This document shows positions 19,918-28,219 of a stretch of 42,987 nt of DNA, in pieces. Position numbers and translations under genes: made by a program. Each line of letters begins with the position of its first letter. The first letter of the stretch is position 1. The stretch is from NCBI GenBank assembly GCA_048621635.1, contig JBMCWH010000004.1, positions 1-42,987 on the forward strand, given 5' to 3'. The notes below the pieces were generated by a model that searched no databases, was not told the DNA's origin, and saw only the letters and a program-made list of their open reading frames with translations. This DNA is from Patescibacteria group bacterium. Its GTDB lineage: Bacteria; Patescibacteriota; WWE3; JAUXAW01; JAYEID01.

Positions 19918-20724
19918 ATGAATTCAGTTAATTTTGTTCCTGAGACACCAGAGGAGGTCTTGACTGCTCTTTCTGAAGAAGATCTTCGCGAGCTTGCGTT
20001 TTCTTTTTCCCTTCCGGAAAGTTTGCAACAAAAAAATCCCAGCTTTTACCGTTTATACGGAGGGATGAGGAATGCTGTTGTTCTTGCTAAATTTTCTGAG
20101 CAAGAAATGTTTGTCTTAACTATTTACAAGCCTTCTCCAACAGCTGGGCAGAGGGTGCGCCGCTCTTTAGGGGTTAGTAAATTTCTTTGCAAAAAAGATT
20201 TTCTTGTCCCTTGCTTTTTAGAAACTAAGCATAATAAAGACTTTTTGGAATTAGAATTGTTAGGTGTTAAACGATATATTTCTTTTCATCGCTTTAGGGG
20301 AGGGCGGAAAATTTTTCCTTACGGACCTGAGCAGATTGTACCTGCGGGTAAATTTCTTTCTCAGTTACACAAGGCTTTGCGAGAATTTCCTAGCAAAGAG
20401 TTGCTGCGTCCGTTTCCAGAAGAAGAAATTAATGGTGATCAGGAGTTTACCGTTTTGCATATGGATTATGCACGGGGAAATATTCTTTTTGATTTGGACG
20501 GGACAGAGGTGGTGGGTGTTTTAGATTTTGAAGAGGCGACCTGGGGCCCTCCGGTTGCTGATATTGGAAAGTCATTAGCAATTTCCACTAAGGATAATAA
20601 GGACCTATCTCGTCGGGTAATGGTTGATTGCTTTTTGGACGGTTACAATAGTGGTCCTTTACTGATTGAGGATAGGAAACTAGTAAACAAATGGATAGAT
20701 CATTTTGCTCCTATGATAGTCTAG
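19918..20724 (+). CDS. APH/choline-kinase/type II homoserine kinase-like phosphotransferase
   Basis: AGKFLSQLH, Brenner motif HMDYARGN, VLDFEE, DIGKSL, FLDGY. Confidence 0.8.
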   Translation: MNSVNFVPETPEEVLTALSEEDLRELAFSFSLPESLQQKNPSFYRLYGGMRNAVVLAKFSEQEMFVLTIYKPSPTAGQRVRRSLGVSKFLCKKDFLVPCFLETKHNKDFLELELLGVKRYISFHRFRGGRKIFPYGPEQIVPAGKFLSQLHKALREFPSKELLRPFPEEEINGDQEFTVLHMDYARGNILFDLDGTEVVGVLDFEEATWGPPVADIGKSLAISTKDNKDLSRRVMVDCFLDGYNSGPLLIEDRKLVNKWIDHFAPMIV

Positions 20725-20965
20725 TTATCTATATTGCTGAACACGGTCTTTGGTTCTTTTTTACTCTGTATTTTTTTCTGCTATTATTGATCTTGAATTT
20801 GGCAACGATTTTCTCCTTCCTTTAGAAAGTGCTATAGCCTAGCTTTGGGAGTGCGCCCTGCCAAGGTTAAAAATGCTGCCAGCTTTTTTAGGGCTTCGAG
20901 GTGCAGTTTGTTGATTAGTAACTTGGTATGTTTTATTATCTGAAATTTGGTAGCTAAATTTTTAT

Positions 20966-22111
20966 ATGTCAGCAGCTCCTGTTTTGAAACTAGAAGATGT
21001 GAAGAATATGGTTCAGTCTTTGCGGGGTAAAGGTAGCCGGATTGTTTTTACCGTGGGTGCTTATGATCTTATTCATTCGGGACAGAGTCATTTCCTTGCC
21101 GAGGCGCGTACCTGGGGTGATTGTTTAGTGGTCGGGGTAGCAAGCGACGCTTCGCGTAGGCAGCTGCGTGGCCCAGGACATCCTCTTGTTTCTGAGCAAG
21201 ATAGAGCAGAAACTCTCAGTTATTTTCGTCCTGTAGATGCAGTGACTGTGGTTGATGAGCGAGATCTTTTAGATGTTCTTTCTTTTTTGCAGCCTACTGT
21301 TTTTTACACTATTGAAGATGATTGGAAAAAAAATGTGCGATCTTCTGAAGAGGAGGAATTGGTATCCAGCTACGGAGGAAATGTGGTAAAGGCAGACAGA
21401 ATAGAGCCTTTTATTTCCAGTTCGGAGATCGTGGAAAAACTGGCGCGGTTTACGTTGTCTAAGCATTTAAACAGTTTTTTTGGTAAAGAAGTATTGAATA
21501 TTGGGAGAGAGGAACCTCCTTTTGTAGATTTAGGTGATCAGAAACCAAGGGATATTTTAAGTTATGCCTATTTGGGAGAGGTTGTTACCTGGGAGAATTT
21601 AGATAAATTGAGAAAAAAGCTAAGAAAGGAAAATAAAAGTATCAGTTTTGTAAGTGGGTCCTATGACTTAGTTCATGTTGGCCATGTTCGGTTTATTGAG
21701 AAAGCCAGTGAATGGGGAGATGTTCTTGTGGTTGGTATACCTTCTGATAAACAGATAAAGGAGTTGAAAGGTCCGCGGCGGCCAATTGTAAGTCAGCGCT
21801 CGCGGGCAGAGCTTTTGCGCTTTTTCCAACCAGTTGATTATGTAACTGTTCTTCCTGATTCTATGGTAAAAGCTTTGGATCTTTTGCACCCTGACGTTTT
21901 CCAGACTGTGGATGAGGCGTGGAACTCCGGATTTAAAGAGAGTCCGGAGTGTGCGACCGTGTGTGAGTATGGCGGAGAAATTAAGCTGGTTGAACGGCAG
22001 GCTCCTTTCGTCTCCTCGCAAAGGATGATTGAGAAAGCAGCAGGCTTGCGGGTAAGAAAAATGTTTTCTGCGTGTTTGGAAGCAGTAGGCCAAAATGAGC
22101 AAAGATCCTGA
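20966..22111 (+). CDS. Tandem two-domain cytidylyltransferase-like (RfaE domain II-like) nucleotidyltransferase
   Basis: Two repeats: GAYDLIHSGQ...GDCLVVGVASD...RGPGHP...RAE...VDAV and GSYDLVHVGH...GDVLVVGIPSD...KGPRRP...RAE...VDYV, each ending in an SS motif. Confidence 0.88.
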   Translation: MSAAPVLKLEDVKNMVQSLRGKGSRIVFTVGAYDLIHSGQSHFLAEARTWGDCLVVGVASDASRRQLRGPGHPLVSEQDRAETLSYFRPVDAVTVVDERDLLDVLSFLQPTVFYTIEDDWKKNVRSSEEEELVSSYGGNVVKADRIEPFISSSEIVEKLARFTLSKHLNSFFGKEVLNIGREEPPFVDLGDQKPRDILSYAYLGEVVTWENLDKLRKKLRKENKSISFVSGSYDLVHVGHVRFIEKASEWGDVLVVGIPSDKQIKELKGPRRPIVSQRSRAELLRFFQPVDYVTVLPDSMVKALDLLHPDVFQTVDEAWNSGFKESPECATVCEYGGEIKLVERQAPFVSSQRMIEKAAGLRVRKMFSACLEAVGQNEQRS

Positions 22112-22568
22112 TTTTTACAGTCCTGAAATACAGAAAAGTGCTCGGCAGGGTGGTTATAAATATGCGGAGATTTGGCAAAGCGTTGACAAGTGCCCGTTCT
22201 GTGATCTTAAGGAAAAGTACATTGTTACCCAAGACAATGATGTAGTTTTAACAGCGAACCTATTTCCTTATGTTGATTATCACCTTTTGATTATTCCCCG
22301 TAAGCATGTTTTGCTACTTTCTGAGTTATCAGAAAATGATTGGTTGGCAGTACGTAGACTTGCGGAGTTAGGTAGAAAGTTGCTAGAAGCTGTTACAAAT
22401 AATGATGCTTATACTTTTGTTCTTCGTGAAGGAAATAACAAAAAGAAAACAGTTCAACATCTTCATTTTCACCTGATTCCCTTCCACCCTGATTTGGAAA
22501 GTTGGCAGTATCAGAAGATAAATGTTTTGCCGCAAGAAGCTGCAGAGGAGTTTAGAGATGCTTTGTGA
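22095..22568 (+). CDS. HIT family nucleotide hydrolase
   Basis: CPFC, NLFPY, HLLIIPRKH, histidine triad HLHFHLIP. Confidence 0.9.
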   Translation: MSKDPDFYSPEIQKSARQGGYKYAEIWQSVDKCPFCDLKEKYIVTQDNDVVLTANLFPYVDYHLLIIPRKHVLLLSELSENDWLAVRRLAELGRKLLEAVTNNDAYTFVLREGNNKKKTVQHLHFHLIPFHPDLESWQYQKINVLPQEAAEEFRDAL

Positions 22569-22607
22569 CTGGCGAAAAGGAGAGCCTGTTTACTTTTGTA
22601 TTTGAAA

Positions 22608-23087
22608 ATGAACAACGCTGACAAAAATACAACAATTAAACAAAAAGATTTAAACTTAATGAAAAAAGCCTGTTTGCTTTGCGACCAGGCGACATGTATG
22701 TACAAAACAGCTTGTCTGGCTGTGAAGAATGGAAAGGTAATTGTTTCTGCCTATAATGAAACTTTGCCCGGAGAAAAATATTGCCAGGATGGTGAATGCA
22801 TCCGCAAGAAGTTGAGTTTAACTAACGGGGCAGATATTGGTAAAGTGTGTTCTATCCATGCCGAGGTAAATCTGATTGCAAAAGCAGCTGCCAGCGGTCT
22901 TTGCTTAAAGGATAGCACTATTTATGTTACTACTTTTCCCTGTTATGTTTGTTCAAAGAGTTTAGTTCAGGCCAGGATTAATTATCTTTACTATATGTCT
23001 GATTATGCTTGTAATGAGGGTGGTTGTTTTTTCAAGGCGGCAGATATTCCTATTTTCAAGATTCCTGAGGAAAAGGTATGGCAATAA
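22608..23087 (+). CDS. dCMP deaminase family (Zn-dependent cytidine/deoxycytidylate deaminase)
   Basis: HAEVN and PCYVC Zn motifs, AYN and Cys-rich CIRK segment. Confidence 0.88.
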   Translation: MNNADKNTTIKQKDLNLMKKACLLCDQATCMYKTACLAVKNGKVIVSAYNETLPGEKYCQDGECIRKKLSLTNGADIGKVCSIHAEVNLIAKAAASGLCLKDSTIYVTTFPCYVCSKSLVQARINYLYYMSDYACNEGGCFFKAADIPIFKIPEEKVWQ

Positions 23088-24523
23088 GTAATTCTATTTA
23101 CTTTAAAGAAAAATTAACTGTTGGAAATTCTGATTCTCCTGTGGCTATTTGTACTCTTTGGACACCTAAGGAGAAGCTATTAGATAGTCTTTCTTCGGAT
23201 TCTTATTTTTTTGGAGGGCAGCTTTACTCACCCCGTGGCCTAAATTTTGTTGTGCGGAATTTGCTTACTTATCCTAAGATTCAGTATCTTATCCTTTGTG
23301 GAAAAGATTTGTCTGGTGCCGGACAAGTTTTGGTCGACTTTTTTACGGGTAAAGACATTCCCGAAGGAAGCATTGATAAGGAAGTACCAAAGGAAGCTAG
23401 GGAGTTGTTGATTGAAACTGTGGAGTTGATAGATTTGCGTGGTGAAGAAGATACAGGCAAGCTAGAAGAAATGATCTCTTCGCTAGATTTATCTAAAACT
23501 TCTACAAGGGAACCAATGCGGTACCCGCAACCAGAAAGAGATAGTGAATCTTTCCCGACAGATTTTTCTGTGTTTAAAGTGCGGGATGATTTTGTTGGGG
23601 AGGTGTGGTTGTTGGCCTTGAAGAATATATTAAAATTTGGTCTTTCTATGCAGCGGATTGGTGGCCACCAGGTTTTAGCAGTGAATAATTTAGCTGCCGT
23701 TATTGAGAAGGAGGATCCGAAAGAGCCAACTATTTATCCTTTCTTCGATTTTGATCAAGAAGGTGTGCAACATTATTGGGAAAATTTTTCTGATCCTCAA
23801 TTACAGGGACATTCTTATTCGTATGGTGAACGGTTAAAAAATTATTGCGGTATCAATCAAGTGGAGATTATGAAAGAAAAATTGGCTCGCTTTCCTGCAG
23901 AGGAAGGTGCGTTAGCTGTACTGTGGAATGTGGAAGAGGACAACTTTCCTCCTGATGACGGTGGGCAAACGCCCGCTGGTAAACAGGAGGGCTGGAATGT
24001 TCCTTGTTTGGACTTAGTGCAAGCTCAATGTTTTGCTAACCAATTGTACCTGACGGCTTACTTTCGAGCTAACGATATTTTTGGAGCTTGGCCGCGAAAT
24101 GTTTTTGCGCTGCGCCGTTTACAAGGGGAGCTTGCGGAGAGTGTAGGGAAAGGTATTGGTTCTTTAGTAATTGTTTCCCAATTTGCCTGGATTAGTGAGT
24201 CAGTAGGTGCAAGGGTGGAAGAAATTCTGGACAAATATTATCAGCCGCGTTGTGTATGGGATCCAAGAGGAAACTTTCTTATCAGTGTTAAAGGGGAGCA
24301 GATTTTGGCTACTCATCTTTCTCCGCAAGGAATAGAATTGCAGAAGTTTAGTATTAATGGTAAAACCAAGAAAGCCGCGGTTAAGCTTTGTCAAGAGATT
24401 ATTGGGGAATTAGCTATATCTGACTTAAACCATGCTGCAGACTTGGGTCGGGAATTGGCTAAGGCGGAAACTGCTGTAAAGAATGGCTTGAAATATATTC
24501 AAGACCAGCCTTTAGATTTTTGA
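23078..24523 (+). CDS. Fusion: MtrA-like domain + thymidylate-synthase-like domain + DUF4346-like domain
   Basis: N-term VGNSDSPVAICTLWT...GQLYS..GLNFVVRNLL..PKIQYLILCG; middle YSYGERL, NQ, LWNV..D, PCL, YFRANDIFGAWPRN; C-term DPRGNFLI...HAADLGRELAKAE...YIQD. Confidence 0.82.
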   Translation: MAISNSIYFKEKLTVGNSDSPVAICTLWTPKEKLLDSLSSDSYFFGGQLYSPRGLNFVVRNLLTYPKIQYLILCGKDLSGAGQVLVDFFTGKDIPEGSIDKEVPKEARELLIETVELIDLRGEEDTGKLEEMISSLDLSKTSTREPMRYPQPERDSESFPTDFSVFKVRDDFVGEVWLLALKNILKFGLSMQRIGGHQVLAVNNLAAVIEKEDPKEPTIYPFFDFDQEGVQHYWENFSDPQLQGHSYSYGERLKNYCGINQVEIMKEKLARFPAEEGALAVLWNVEEDNFPPDDGGQTPAGKQEGWNVPCLDLVQAQCFANQLYLTAYFRANDIFGAWPRNVFALRRLQGELAESVGKGIGSLVIVSQFAWISESVGARVEEILDKYYQPRCVWDPRGNFLISVKGEQILATHLSPQGIELQKFSINGKTKKAAVKLCQEIIGELAISDLNHAADLGRELAKAETAVKNGLKYIQDQPLDF

Positions 24524-24601
24524 CTTTTTTTCCATCATTTGGGTTGTGTAGTTGTTGGTTCTAAGTTATCCTTTGTGTTATACTTCCCATAGGGAAATAT
24601 T

Positions 24602-24856
24602 ATGGATAAGAAAGCGGTTTACATTTCTTTAGGTGTTTTAGCAGTAGTTGGTATTTTTCTAACTGCTGTTTTACTAAGGCGGGTTCTCCGTTTTGAACAG
24701 GAGGCTGCAAAAGTTGAACGAGAAACAGAGCTTTCTCCTGTTGTAGAGGAAGAATCTTCTCCTTCTGCTCTTTTGGGAGATGACGAGGAAGAAGCTACTC
24801 CTAGTGGTAAACAGGGAACTCCTAGCGTCCCCCAATCTACACCTAGCGGAGAGTGA
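24602..24856 (+). CDS. Small single-TM membrane protein with acidic/Ser-Pro tail
   Basis: 84 aa ORF with N-terminal hydrophobic helix and ATPS/TPS repeats; TGTTATACT upstream. Confidence 0.7.
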   Translation: MDKKAVYISLGVLAVVGIFLTAVLLRRVLRFEQEAAKVERETELSPVVEEESSPSALLGDDEEEATPSGKQGTPSVPQSTPSGE

Positions 24857-24946
24857 GGGTGTTCTCTTAAATTTTCTTTTTCGCGTTATTATTAATTATT
24901 GGCGGTGTTAGGGCCGAGTTGACCGGTTCTTCCTTGCCTTATATAC

Positions 24947-24967
24947 TCCCCCGTAAGGGGGATTTTT
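24947..24967 (+). terminator. Intrinsic terminator-like hairpin
   Basis: tccccc-gtaa-ggggga followed by ttttt. Confidence 0.55.
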
Positions 24968-25009
24968 AGTTGAGTACCGTGGCTATGTTAGAATAGAAAA
25001 TACTAAATT

Positions 25010-28000
25010 ATGTTAGGCGAAATGCAGAGAAAATTAGATTTTAAGGATTTAGAGCACCAGATTATGAATTTCTGGAAGGACAATAATATACTTTCTAAGT
25101 ATCTTCATCGCAATGATGCTAAGGAAGAGAAGTTTTCCTTTTTGGATGGTCCCATTACTGCTAACAATCCAATGGGAGTACACCATGCCTGGGGACGAAC
25201 TTTGAAGGATTTGTATCAGCGGTTTAAAAATATGTGCGGGTTTCAGCAGCGGTTTCAGAATGGTTTTGATAATCAGGGACTGTGGGTTGAGGTAGAGGTC
25301 GAAAAAAAGCTTGGTTTTGAAAACAAGAAGGATATTGAGGATTTTGGTATTGATGATTTTGTGGAAAAGTGTAAACAACACACAAAGCATTTTTCGCAAG
25401 TTCAGACAGAACAGTCACAACGGTTAGGTTATTTTATGGATTGGGGTAACGACTATTACACTATGAGTCCGGAGAACAATTATGCTATTTGGGCGTTTCT
25501 TAAGAAAGTTTGGGAAGACGGGAATTTGTATAAGGGGCGAGATAGTGTCCCTTGGTGCCCCCGTTGCGGAACTGCTATCTCTCAGCACGAGATTTTGACT
25601 GAAGAATATAAACAGCTTACCCATAAGTCAGTCTTTTTTAAACTACCGCTAAAACAGCTAGACGGCGAGAAACTTACGCAGTTAGACACTGTTCAAGTTC
25701 AGCAGTCTGGAACTCAGTTTTCTGATTGTTCTACAATCTCGCTACTTGTTTGGACCACCACCCCTTGGACAATTCCTGGTAATATGGCCGTAGCTGTAGA
25801 TCCAGAGTTAGAATATTGGCTTTGGAGAACTGCTGAAGATGAATGTCTTATTTTTGCCGATCCTACAAGCAAAAAAGGGGACGGACCCCATTTTGGTTCA
25901 AAGGAAAAGAGTTTGGAAGAACAGGAGGACGGAGAAGAATTAAACGCTCTGGATGTGGTTAAGGAAGGTGAAAAGTTAGCCACTCTTAAGGGAGAGGATT
26001 TGGTGGGGCTTTCTTATCAGGCGCCTTACGAGCATTTATCTGCAGTGGCAAAGATAGAAGGGAAGAATAAATTCAAGGTTGTGGCTGCTGACCCTCTGAT
26101 TTTGTCTGTTGATCCTGTGCAAGGTACAGGTATTGTACACATTGCTCCTGGTTGTGGAAGTGAAGATTTCAAGCTTGGTCGAGAGAAGGATATTCCTGCT
26201 TTGCCTGTTATTGACGAAGCTGCGAATTATCTTGACGGGTTTGGAGATTTGACAGGAAAGAATGCTAAGCAGCACCCCGAGCTGGTTTTGGATGAACTTA
26301 TGGAAGAGTCGCCGTTTGGTTTTGAAACAGTGTCTTATACCCACAGTTACCCTACGTGTTGGCGCTGTAAATCAGAGCTAGTTTGGCGAGTTGTGGATGA
26401 ATGGTACATTGCTATGGATGACGAAAGAAGAAAGGAAGCTAAAGACTATCGCAGTAGGTTAAAGGATGTAATTAAGGATGTAAATTGGATTCCTGAATTT
26501 GGTTATGACCGTGAATTGGATTGGTTAAACAATATGGAAGATTGGCTTATTTCTAAGAAACGGTATTGGGGTTTGTGTCTTCCTATTTGGGAGTGTTTTG
26601 AGTGTGGGCATTTTGAAGTTATTGGTTCACGTGCCGAATTAGAGAAACGAGCTGTGAACGGGTGGGAAGAGTTTGCAGGGCATACGCCACACCGACCTTA
26701 CGTGGATGCTGTTGAGATTGAATGTTCTCAATGTGGAGAAAAAATGAAGCGAATTGAGGATGTGGGTAATCCTTGGCTCGATGCGGGAATTGTTGCCTAT
26801 TCCACTTTACGATATTTTGAAGACCGCGATTATTGGGGAAAATGGTTCCCTGCCGATTTGGTTTTGGAGTGTTTTCCCGGGCAATTTAAGAATTGGTTTT
26901 ATTCTTTGCTAGCGATGAGCACTGTTCTGGAGGATAAGGCTCCTTTTGAGACTTTGTTAGGTCACGGTTTGGTTAAAGATGAACAGGGGGAAGAAATGCA
27001 TAAGTCTAAGGGAAATGCAATTTGGTTTGATGATGCTGTGGAGGAGATGGGGGCAGACCCAATGCGTTGGTTGTACGCTTCGCAAAATCCGGCTCAGAAT
27101 TTGCATTTTGGTCCTGGTCCGGCTAGAGAAGTGAAGCGACGATTTCTGTTTATCCTCTGGAACAGTCTGAATTTCTTTGTCACTTATGCGCGGTTGGATA
27201 ATTTTGACCCTGTGGAGAAATTAGCGGAGCTTAAATTAAATGACAGTAGTGAGAAACAAGTCGGTTCGGATTCTGGTGACACCAAAAATGGTCTTACCTT
27301 AGACACTTACGAATTTTCTGTTCTGGATAAGTGGGTAGTTTCCAAAGCTGCTTTGTTAATTAGTCAAGTGACTGAATATCTAGAGAATTATCGCAATCAC
27401 AAAGCTGTAGAAGAAATTGAAAATTTTATAACTCAGGATCTTTCAACCTGGTATATACGAAGAATTCGCGATTATGTCGGGCCCACAGCACAAGAGGGAG
27501 AGAGAAAAGACACTACCCATCGAACTCTTTTCATTGTGTTTATGATTCTTTCTAAGATGTTAGCTCCTTTTATTCCTTTTACTGCGGAGAAAATTTTTCA
27601 AATATTAACCGCAAATTGTAAGGATAGTTGGCTGGAAGATCTTGATGAAGAGGGCTCTTTTTGTTTAGTGAAGGATTCGGTTCATCTTACCGATTGGCCA
27701 AGCTATCATGATTACTTAATTGACAAAGACGTGCTTAGGAAAATGAAAATTGTGCGCGAAATTTGTGAGCAAGGGCACGCTGCACGGCGGGAGGCGGGGA
27801 TAAAGATTCGCCAACCGTTATCGGAAATGAAAGTATATATTTCCCCGCAAAAGAATATCGCTGACCATTCTGAATATGTTCGGGTTGCTGAAAAAGAGCT
27901 AAATATTAAGAACATTGAATTTGAATCTAGATCTGGCGATTTAGAAGTTGATTTAGACACAAAGTTAAATCCTCAATTACGGAAGGAGGGAAGAGCGCGG

Positions 28001-28219
28001 GAGCTTAGTCGCGCTATTCAAAACGAGCGCCGAGAAGCGGGCTGTAATTTAGATGACTATATTGTTATCCAAATCCCTGATACGGAAGAAAATAGGGAAG
28101 CCGTGGCTGCTTTTGGCGAAAGAATTAAGAAAAATACTCTTGCTGGTGAACTAGTTTTTGGTGAAGACTTTAATGTTCTTAAGGTGAGACCTTCTAATGC
28201 GCATCAGAAAGCCACTTAA
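25010..28219 (+). CDS. ileS: Isoleucine--tRNA ligase (type 2)
   Basis: FLDGPITAN, GVHH signature, WTTTPWTIPGN, GTGIVHIAP, YPTCWRC, DWLISKKRYWG, EMHKSKGN, IKIRQPL. Confidence 0.95.
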   Translation: MLGEMQRKLDFKDLEHQIMNFWKDNNILSKYLHRNDAKEEKFSFLDGPITANNPMGVHHAWGRTLKDLYQRFKNMCGFQQRFQNGFDNQGLWVEVEVEKKLGFENKKDIEDFGIDDFVEKCKQHTKHFSQVQTEQSQRLGYFMDWGNDYYTMSPENNYAIWAFLKKVWEDGNLYKGRDSVPWCPRCGTAISQHEILTEEYKQLTHKSVFFKLPLKQLDGEKLTQLDTVQVQQSGTQFSDCSTISLLVWTTTPWTIPGNMAVAVDPELEYWLWRTAEDECLIFADPTSKKGDGPHFGSKEKSLEEQEDGEELNALDVVKEGEKLATLKGEDLVGLSYQAPYEHLSAVAKIEGKNKFKVVAADPLILSVDPVQGTGIVHIAPGCGSEDFKLGREKDIPALPVIDEAANYLDGFGDLTGKNAKQHPELVLDELMEESPFGFETVSYTHSYPTCWRCKSELVWRVVDEWYIAMDDERRKEAKDYRSRLKDVIKDVNWIPEFGYDRELDWLNNMEDWLISKKRYWGLCLPIWECFECGHFEVIGSRAELEKRAVNGWEEFAGHTPHRPYVDAVEIECSQCGEKMKRIEDVGNPWLDAGIVAYSTLRYFEDRDYWGKWFPADLVLECFPGQFKNWFYSLLAMSTVLEDKAPFETLLGHGLVKDEQGEEMHKSKGNAIWFDDAVEEMGADPMRWLYASQNPAQNLHFGPGPAREVKRRFLFILWNSLNFFVTYARLDNFDPVEKLAELKLNDSSEKQVGSDSGDTKNGLTLDTYEFSVLDKWVVSKAALLISQVTEYLENYRNHKAVEEIENFITQDLSTWYIRRIRDYVGPTAQEGERKDTTHRTLFIVFMILSKMLAPFIPFTAEKIFQILTANCKDSWLEDLDEEGSFCLVKDSVHLTDWPSYHDYLIDKDVLRKMKIVREICEQGHAARREAGIKIRQPLSEMKVYISPQKNIADHSEYVRVAEKELNIKNIEFESRSGDLEVDLDTKLNPQLRKEGRARELSRAIQNERREAGCNLDDYIVIQIPDTEENREAVAAFGERIKKNTLAGELVFGEDFNVLKVRPSNAHQKAT

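Noticed and set aside
22565-22600. gtgactggcgaaa as the start of a ZTP (pfl) riboswitch
   Set aside because: It overlaps the HIT stop codon, the gap is only 39 nt and the downstream GCC...CGCCUGGGC half is absent
22608-23087. Anti-phage dCTP deaminase (AvcD-like)
   Set aside because: No fused P-loop domain; size and context fit a housekeeping dCMP deaminase
23078-23500. Methanogenesis Mtr complex
   Set aside because: Only an MtrA-like domain without the cobamide His; no other mtr genes; bacterial context
24860-25009. T-box leader for ileS
   Set aside because: No GGUGGNACC antiterminator consensus, no recognisable stem I, and a -10 box lies immediately before ileS
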